Origin: Hyphomicrobiaceae bacterium
GTDB lineage: Bacteria > Pseudomonadota > Alphaproteobacteria > Rhizobiales > Hyphomicrobiaceae
NCBI GenBank assembly: GCA_043719045.1
Contig: JAYSUN010000433.1
Location: 1 to 34,622 of the forward strand
Reading direction: 5' to 3'
DNA length: 34,622 nucleotides
Positions 7,672 through 13,762 of this stretch are shown piece by piece. The notes beneath the pieces are model-generated. The model was not told the DNA's origin and made no database searches. It saw only the letters and a program-made list of their open reading frames with translations. Numbering within the stretch: position 1 is the first letter of the stretch; every line of letters begins with the position of its first letter. The position numbers and the translations under genes are program-made.

Positions 7672-8961
7672 ATGCGTCAGTTGTTCTCGTTGATTTCATG
7701 TGCGCTCATCACCGCCTCGATGGCCGGGTGTTCCGTGCTCAGTTCAGACCTGTTGGAATTCAAGCCCGATGGTGGCTGCCAAAGCGGTGCTGGAACCTAC
7801 TATCTGCCGAAGACGCATCTTGGCGTCAAAGTCGAGCGGCTGACGTACGCGAACACCGACATCCAGCACCAGATTACCATCAAGAAGTTGCGCGTGCCGG
7901 ATCGCTATTTCGGCTATTGTCTCGATTATCTATCGCGCTTGACCTCAGACGATATTGTCCACGTCAAGCGCTATTCCAACACGCAGCTTCTTGGTCTCGT
8001 CAGCACCGATGTGGTGGATCAATCGGGTGCGATTCTGCGGACCTTCGTTCGAGCGGTTCTCGGCGGGTTGGCTGGGCGAACGCGTGTGGCTGGCACGGCG
8101 CAAAAAGCGACGGTGTTTGAAGCGGACTATGACCCGTTCGACGTGGTGGCTTCGGCGCAAGTCAACGACGCATTGCGCAAGTTCGGCTTCTGCCTGATGT
8201 TCGAAGGTGACTTTGCCCGCGACGCGCGCAAGATCCAAAGTTATTGCAGCCATCCGACGGCTGCGCCCAAAGCCGTGCCGGAGCCGCCCTACCAGTTGGC
8301 GTATCGCGATCGTTTGTCTGCGGATCGAAAAACGTTGCCGGGTCTGTTCTATCGACCACGTGTGCCGTACAGCTACTATCTGTTCGTGCGCGATGTGCCT
8401 GAGGCGCACAATAGCCCATGGGCACTGCGCGAATCCGCCGTAGTGGACCTCGAGAACATTTCTCCGATCCTGGCCGTGCGTGTCGACCGCGCCTTCTTCG
8501 CGCAACGTAAAACGACGCTGGTGTTCGACGAGGGCGCCTTGAGGAATGTATGCATCTATAAATCCGCCGAACTGGAGGAGGTCGGCAAGGTCGCGCTCGA
8601 TATCGCCAAGAGCATCGTCGCGCTCCCAGCCCAGACGTTCCAGGTCAAGATCGATCAGGTCTCCGGCCAGGAGGCTCTGGCGCGCGCCGAGTTGGCGGCA
8701 TTGAAGGCGCAGCAGAGCTATGACAACGCATTGAACAAAGTCGCCGGCACGCAACCGAACGTTCTCTCGACTGTCAACGATCCTTTCATGGTCAAAACGG
8801 CTCCGCCGACAGCCGAGTCGTTGAAGCTCGAACGGCAGACCGCGGTGCAAGCCGGCGATCTGGCGGCCCTGTGGACGGCGGCCTGTCCCACGGTCTCAAC
8901 CGCCGCTCCGCTGTCTGCGACCAACGCGCCTGGCAATACCATCGGAGGGATCACTCAATGA
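7672..8961 (+). CDS. Lipoprotein of unknown family (paralog A)
   Basis: Start set at MRQLFSLISCALITASMAGC (lipobox MAG-C), with GGAG 7 nt upstream. It is clearly paralogous to the next gene, sharing GTYYL.K.HL.V.VER, YCLDY, DPF....NDALR..GFCL, SYC.HP, YRPRV and EN.SP..AV..DRAFFA.RKTT..FD.G.LR. I recognise no characterised domain. Confidence 0.8.
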   Translation: MRQLFSLISCALITASMAGCSVLSSDLLEFKPDGGCQSGAGTYYLPKTHLGVKVERLTYANTDIQHQITIKKLRVPDRYFGYCLDYLSRLTSDDIVHVKRYSNTQLLGLVSTDVVDQSGAILRTFVRAVLGGLAGRTRVAGTAQKATVFEADYDPFDVVASAQVNDALRKFGFCLMFEGDFARDARKIQSYCSHPTAAPKAVPEPPYQLAYRDRLSADRKTLPGLFYRPRVPYSYYLFVRDVPEAHNSPWALRESAVVDLENISPILAVRVDRAFFAQRKTTLVFDEGALRNVCIYKSAELEEVGKVALDIAKSIVALPAQTFQVKIDQVSGQEALARAELAALKAQQSYDNALNKVAGTQPNVLSTVNDPFMVKTAPPTAESLKLERQTAVQAGDLAALWTAACPTVSTAAPLSATNAPGNTIGGITQ

Positions 8962-10454
8962 TCGGCTCCACCACAACACCCAAGCGCGTCACCGCCGCAG
9001 CCGGCTGCATTGCCGCCGGCATCATCGTCGCTGCCTGCTCAATGGCTGAGTCTCTGCATATCAGTCCGATCGGCAATCACACCTGCGTCAGCCAGGGCGG
9101 CACGTATTACCTGTCCAAGTCCCACCTCAAGGTTATCGTTGAGCGCGTGGCCAGCGTGGCCGCCGACGGCAAGACGGCAGGGCCGGAGAGCTACTCGCTG
9201 ACTGGTGTCACGGCAGAAGCAAAGCCGGACCGCGCTCAGCTGTATTGCTTAGACTACAATAGCTCGCCGACCGCCAATGACACGCTGCTGATTTCGAAGA
9301 CGCCGGCCAACCTCTTGCAGACGATCACATCAAACGCCGACGATCGATCGGCCCAGATTGCTGAAGATCTCATCAAGGCCGTGTTTGTTTCAATATCGCA
9401 GAATCCCGGATTTGACCGGACACTCAGCACGCGCGCTGCACGGCGCCTGCCACCGACCGGCGTCAGTCACTTGAATCTGTCATTCGATCCATTCGAGGAT
9501 GCTCAAGTCGACGTCACCAACGATGCGTTGCGCCACACCGGCTTCTGTCTCAAGTTGGAGCGACCAGACTCCGGGCCGCGCGACATCAACAGCTATTGTG
9601 ACCATCCGTTGGGCCATGACGGCCGCGAGGCAAGTCTGCGCGAGACAGCCGAGACGCTCGGACGCTACGATCCGCCTGTGATCAACGGTCCGCTCGGCGC
9701 CAATCCGTCACGGGCACGCGGCGCGGATGGACCGATGAGCCGCGCCCCACGAGCCATGACCAAGGCCAATGCGCCGGTGTTGACACAGGGCATTCTCTAT
9801 CGCCCGCGCGTCGCGCATTCGCTATTGCTGTTCGTCAAGCGCGATCTCAAGGCTCGCGGTGGATGGGAATTGCGCAGCCGCGCCACCGTGCTGCTGGAGA
9901 ACGTGTCACCGACCATTGCAGTTGGCATTGATCGGGCATTCTTTGCCAAGCGCAAGACGACGATCACTTTCGATGACGGCGTGCTGCGCGATATCGAGAT
10001 CGAGAAAGGCAGCGAGTTGCTGGGCTTTGCCAATATCCCGCTTGTCATCGCTCAAAGCATAACGGCGTTGCCAGCGAATATCATTCAAGTCCGTCTCCAG
10101 GAGACCAATAACCGCGCCCGGTTGATCGATGCGCAGGAAAAGTTGCTGAAGTCCAAACGCGATCTGGCCGAATTGCAGGGCAAGATCACGCCGGCGACCG
10201 GCCCACTGACACGCAGTGGCAATCCGTTCAACTCCACACGATCCGCCGGCGATGTGGTCGAGGAGCGTATCGGGCAGGGCGGCAATGAAGGTGGTGACCA
10301 AGCTGGGTTTAGCGGTTGCGTCACGCAATGCACCAAACCCGGCGACAGAAGTGCTCAGGTCTGTCGCAACTTCTGCAGTTGCAAAGCCAGTTGCACTGCG
10401 CAAGCGAGCAATAACGATGCGTGCAATCTATACTGCACCCAGAGCGCCAATTGA
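8958..10454 (+). CDS. Lipoprotein of unknown family (paralog B) with a Cys-rich C-terminal tail
   Basis: Start set at MIGSTTTPKRVTAAAGCIAAGIIVAAC (lipobox VAA-C). The ATG at 8958-8960 overlaps the TGA of paralog A (ATGA), and GGAGGGA lies upstream. The conserved blocks are the same as in paralog A. The last 49 aa contain 9 Cys. Confidence 0.8.
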   Translation: MIGSTTTPKRVTAAAGCIAAGIIVAACSMAESLHISPIGNHTCVSQGGTYYLSKSHLKVIVERVASVAADGKTAGPESYSLTGVTAEAKPDRAQLYCLDYNSSPTANDTLLISKTPANLLQTITSNADDRSAQIAEDLIKAVFVSISQNPGFDRTLSTRAARRLPPTGVSHLNLSFDPFEDAQVDVTNDALRHTGFCLKLERPDSGPRDINSYCDHPLGHDGREASLRETAETLGRYDPPVINGPLGANPSRARGADGPMSRAPRAMTKANAPVLTQGILYRPRVAHSLLLFVKRDLKARGGWELRSRATVLLENVSPTIAVGIDRAFFAKRKTTITFDDGVLRDIEIEKGSELLGFANIPLVIAQSITALPANIIQVRLQETNNRARLIDAQEKLLKSKRDLAELQGKITPATGPLTRSGNPFNSTRSAGDVVEERIGQGGNEGGDQAGFSGCVTQCTKPGDRSAQVCRNFCSCKASCTAQASNNDACNLYCTQSAN

Positions 10455-10477
10455 GAGTAGGCGGGGAAGGCGCGACC

Positions 10478-11728
10478 ATGATGAGCTCCACGCCGCGCAA
10501 CTCGGTACATAAGCGCTACGCGATGTTACTCGCGGCTGTGGCCCATGTCGTGGCGCCGACGGCAATGGCGCAAAGTGACTTGCAGGGTGCTGCGCGCTTT
10601 CTGCCGAGCGGTGATGTCCAGCGCGCGATCGAGCGGCAACGCAGCTTTCTGACCAGTGTCGACCGCCTGAATACCCCGCGTGGCGATCGATCAAGCACGA
10701 CGATCCTCCGATCGGCACTATCGGAGGTTGCACCACTGACGGGGCCGGGCGGGCGAGATCTCGGATCGCCACGCGACGTGAGCAAAGTGGCTATTGCCCC
10801 GCAGATCCATGACGATAACCCGAGGGTTGCCAAAACCCTGCGCAGGTATCTGGAAGAGGCGCGCCTTGGAGTGCGCGTGCTCGGCGGTGCCCAGGCGCCG
10901 CACGGTGTGTTTCGCGAAACGGTGGCAATCCATCCACGCGGTGATCAGTCAAGCGTCTGCAGCGGCGTACTGATTGATCGCAATGCTGTGTTGACGGCTG
11001 CGCACTGTGTTTGTGACTTGAAGCTGAACAAGCCGGATACCGAAGCTTTCGTGCGGATCGGCGATGACGTCGCAGAAGCTGCAACGAGGGCTCTTCGCGT
11101 GCTGCCGGAGCGCACGCGCATGCGCGACGAGCGCTTTTGCCAGAAGGCTGGTGCCGCGGGTTTTGTGCCAGGCGTCGATATTGCCGTGGTGTTCTTTCGC
11201 GAAGATCGGGCGGCTGTTCGGGTGGACTTGGGCGGCCCCTACATTATTCCGCGCGAGCGCTGGACCGATGAAAACGGCGCGCTGCGCGTGTCAACAGCGC
11301 GTATCGCGGGCTCAGATGTTTACCTCAGTGCGAGCACAGTGGGGCTTATGGTGGTCGGCTTTGGTACCAACGATACCTCGACCGTGGCCGATCTCGGCCT
11401 CAAGATGTTTGCCGAAATCCCGATTGCATCGCAAATTTGCGGCTCTGCAGCAGCAGAGCAGCAAGCCGGGTGCGCACCGGGGCGCGAAGCGATTTTGATC
11501 GATTGGAAATACCACCAGCGTGACACCTGCAACGGCGACAGCGGCGGCCCGGCGTTTGTCGTCGACGGATCGCAGTATTATCTGGCAGCAATTACATCGC
11601 GATCCGTGACGAAAAGCGGCGGATGCGGGGCTGGCGGGATCTATAGCCTCGCGACGCCCGCGGTAGTTGATTGGTTGCGTTCGGTTGTCCGCGTTGATCC
11701 CATTGTCGTCCGACGCAGGGGGCAATAG
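10478..11728 (+). CDS. Secreted trypsin-like serine protease (S1 family) with a long N-terminal pro-region
   Basis: Signal peptide MLLAAVAHVVAPTAMAQ. All three catalytic-triad contexts are present: LTAAHC (His), DIAVVFF (Asp), CNGDSGGP (Ser). A VLGG motif preceded by Arg sits at residues 133-137. GGGAAGG RBS before ATG 10478. Confidence 0.85.
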   Translation: MMSSTPRNSVHKRYAMLLAAVAHVVAPTAMAQSDLQGAARFLPSGDVQRAIERQRSFLTSVDRLNTPRGDRSSTTILRSALSEVAPLTGPGGRDLGSPRDVSKVAIAPQIHDDNPRVAKTLRRYLEEARLGVRVLGGAQAPHGVFRETVAIHPRGDQSSVCSGVLIDRNAVLTAAHCVCDLKLNKPDTEAFVRIGDDVAEAATRALRVLPERTRMRDERFCQKAGAAGFVPGVDIAVVFFREDRAAVRVDLGGPYIIPRERWTDENGALRVSTARIAGSDVYLSASTVGLMVVGFGTNDTSTVADLGLKMFAEIPIASQICGSAAAEQQAGCAPGREAILIDWKYHQRDTCNGDSGGPAFVVDGSQYYLAAITSRSVTKSGGCGAGGIYSLATPAVVDWLRSVVRVDPIVVRRRGQ

Positions 11729-11767
11729 AGTAGCCCTAGATTTGTTTTATTTCCTATAGGTGCTGTG

Positions 11768-13690
11768 ATGCGGTTATTGCAAACCTGTACATTGTCATTG
11801 TTCGTTACGCTGCTCGCGGCCGGCAGTGCGGTGGCCGCCTGTCTATCACTTGAAGATCAGGCGTTCGGCTGCATGGCACCGGGATGCGCGCAAGCCAGTT
11901 ATCTCAAGAACGGCAAGAAAGCGACACATGTCGCACTGATCTTTGGCAACAATGTCTACCAGGGTGACAGTCCCTTTGTCCCGGCACTGAAACAAGCCGA
12001 AGTCGATGCGCGCGAAATGACGGCGCGTCTGGAGGGTCAAGGCTTCCTCGTGCGCTGCGTCTTGAACGCCAGCGCGTTCCAGGCCCGGCGCGAAGTGCAG
12101 GATCTGGCCGAGCATTTGAGCGAACTTCAGCTCGATCATGTTGCCGTGCCGCGCGAGGCCGCCGTGCCCGCGGTGATCTACTTCGCCGGTCATGGCATGC
12201 GCTACAAGGATGCCAACTACCTGTTGTTTTCCGGCGTGTTTCCACAGCTCCGGTACCGGCAAGAGCTGCTGCCCTTCGCCAACTCCGTGGATGATTTGTT
12301 GCATCCGTTGAAAAACTACTCCAAAGCTCACCCCTTTATTATTGTAGACGCCTGCCGTTCAATCATTCCGCTCCCGGATGACCCGAGCATGCCGATGGTG
12401 CGGGGCAACGTGCATAGCGCCAGCCGTACGGATTCCCTGGCTGGGTTCAATAGCGGTTACTACGTTGTCTATTCGACCAGTGAAAACAACGTCGCCTCAG
12501 ATGAGGGGCCGCGCTTCATGAACTACTTTGCCGACGAGTTCGACAGCTGGGGTCGAGATTTCTCGTCTATTGTCACGACGACGCAAACGCTGTTGGAACG
12601 GAACTCGCCGACAAAGCAAACGATCAATGCCTTCTTCAAAACACCACTCGCCGACGCTCAATGGCGATTCACGGACGATCGCGATTGCGACGGTATTCAG
12701 CACATGCTTGCGCATTTCCCTCTGGTCGCCTGCAATGGCAAGTCATCGCGCGAATGTCTGGAGAGATTCGAGCCCAAGCCATGGCAATGCCAAGTCTGGC
12801 GGTCTCAGCAATCCTCCATCACGGCGGCTGCGAGTTGCAGGGCGCGATTGGTTTCTGCGTTCGGCGCGAAGTTTTCAGCGAAGTGCGAGCCAAGCAACGT
12901 AGCTGGTGCCGATTTTCGCATCCAAGACGGCAATCGACAGGTCCGCCTTAGCGGCTTGACGAACCACGAGGTGACGAAAGTTGCGCTCGCCAGCGATCGC
13001 CTCGGCGATTTCGTTCGGCAATCTGAAGTCAAGGCCATGTCGAGGCGCAGTAATCCCGACAAAGCGCTGAACCGGGCAACAGAGTGGAACGATCTGTTGG
13101 TGCGGGTGCCTGCTGGCACCCCAGTGACGGTCCCGTCTCCGACAGCAAGCGGTACCGCGCGAATGGAGCGTGCGCCGGTTGTGATCGAACCCTCACTGTC
13201 GTGTGACACTCATGTCTGTGATCGCAAGGTGCTGTCTTACGAAGTTTTTGAACCAGCCATCGCCGGCATTCCTAGTCTGCCATCCTTGCGGGTCATCGAG
13301 GCTGCAGCCGCCCAGCCGCGCACGGCTGACGATATTGTCGTGTTGCGCTTTGAGGGGCGGGCTGTGACCGCGCGCGGGGAAGATCTTGCGGGACTGACGC
13401 AGATGGTCGGTCAATACGTGGCGATGTCTGGAACGCGGATTCGAGTGACGGGAGGATTCCCCGGGCCGGCTGGCACGACGGTTGAGGCGCAGAAAGACTA
13501 CGAGCGCGGCATCACGCGGGCCATTTCGCGGAGCTTGAAGATTGGCGACCAGATTGCGCTGATGGGATTGCCGAACAGCTTTGACGCCGCCAGCCGGTTG
13601 AGCGCGGGTGAATTCACTCTGGTTGAGCAACCGGCAACCGGTGTCGAACCTGTCTTTGTCGAATTCTATCGTCCTGCCGTCAAACCGTGA
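11768..13690 (+). CDS. Exported caspase-like (peptidase C14) protein with a C-terminal extension of about 340 aa of unknown function
   Basis: Signal/lipobox-like N-terminus LLAAGSAVAAC. Caspase p20 hallmarks are HVALIFGNNVY, the His context IYFAGHG and the Cys context IIVDACRS. The extension (12665-13687) has several Cys and no domain I can name. Confidence 0.8.
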   Translation: MRLLQTCTLSLFVTLLAAGSAVAACLSLEDQAFGCMAPGCAQASYLKNGKKATHVALIFGNNVYQGDSPFVPALKQAEVDAREMTARLEGQGFLVRCVLNASAFQARREVQDLAEHLSELQLDHVAVPREAAVPAVIYFAGHGMRYKDANYLLFSGVFPQLRYRQELLPFANSVDDLLHPLKNYSKAHPFIIVDACRSIIPLPDDPSMPMVRGNVHSASRTDSLAGFNSGYYVVYSTSENNVASDEGPRFMNYFADEFDSWGRDFSSIVTTTQTLLERNSPTKQTINAFFKTPLADAQWRFTDDRDCDGIQHMLAHFPLVACNGKSSRECLERFEPKPWQCQVWRSQQSSITAAASCRARLVSAFGAKFSAKCEPSNVAGADFRIQDGNRQVRLSGLTNHEVTKVALASDRLGDFVRQSEVKAMSRRSNPDKALNRATEWNDLLVRVPAGTPVTVPSPTASGTARMERAPVVIEPSLSCDTHVCDRKVLSYEVFEPAIAGIPSLPSLRVIEAAAAQPRTADDIVVLRFEGRAVTARGEDLAGLTQMVGQYVAMSGTRIRVTGGFPGPAGTTVEAQKDYERGITRAISRSLKIGDQIALMGLPNSFDAASRLSAGEFTLVEQPATGVEPVFVEFYRPAVKP

Positions 13691-13762
13691 CATGCCGATC
13701 ATTACCACACGATATGCGGATGTCGTGACGTGCAAAGCCGCTCTTATCGAGACGAGGCACAT

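Noticed and set aside
7672-10454. Idea that the two lipoproteins are bacterial gasdermins activated by the adjacent caspase-like proteases.
   Set aside because: As far as I recall, bacterial gasdermins are cytoplasmic proteins of about 240-300 aa without signal peptides. These are 430-500 aa with lipoboxes and show no resemblance I can see. Only the general logic of a protease plus a membrane-associated partner is retained, as a hypothesis.
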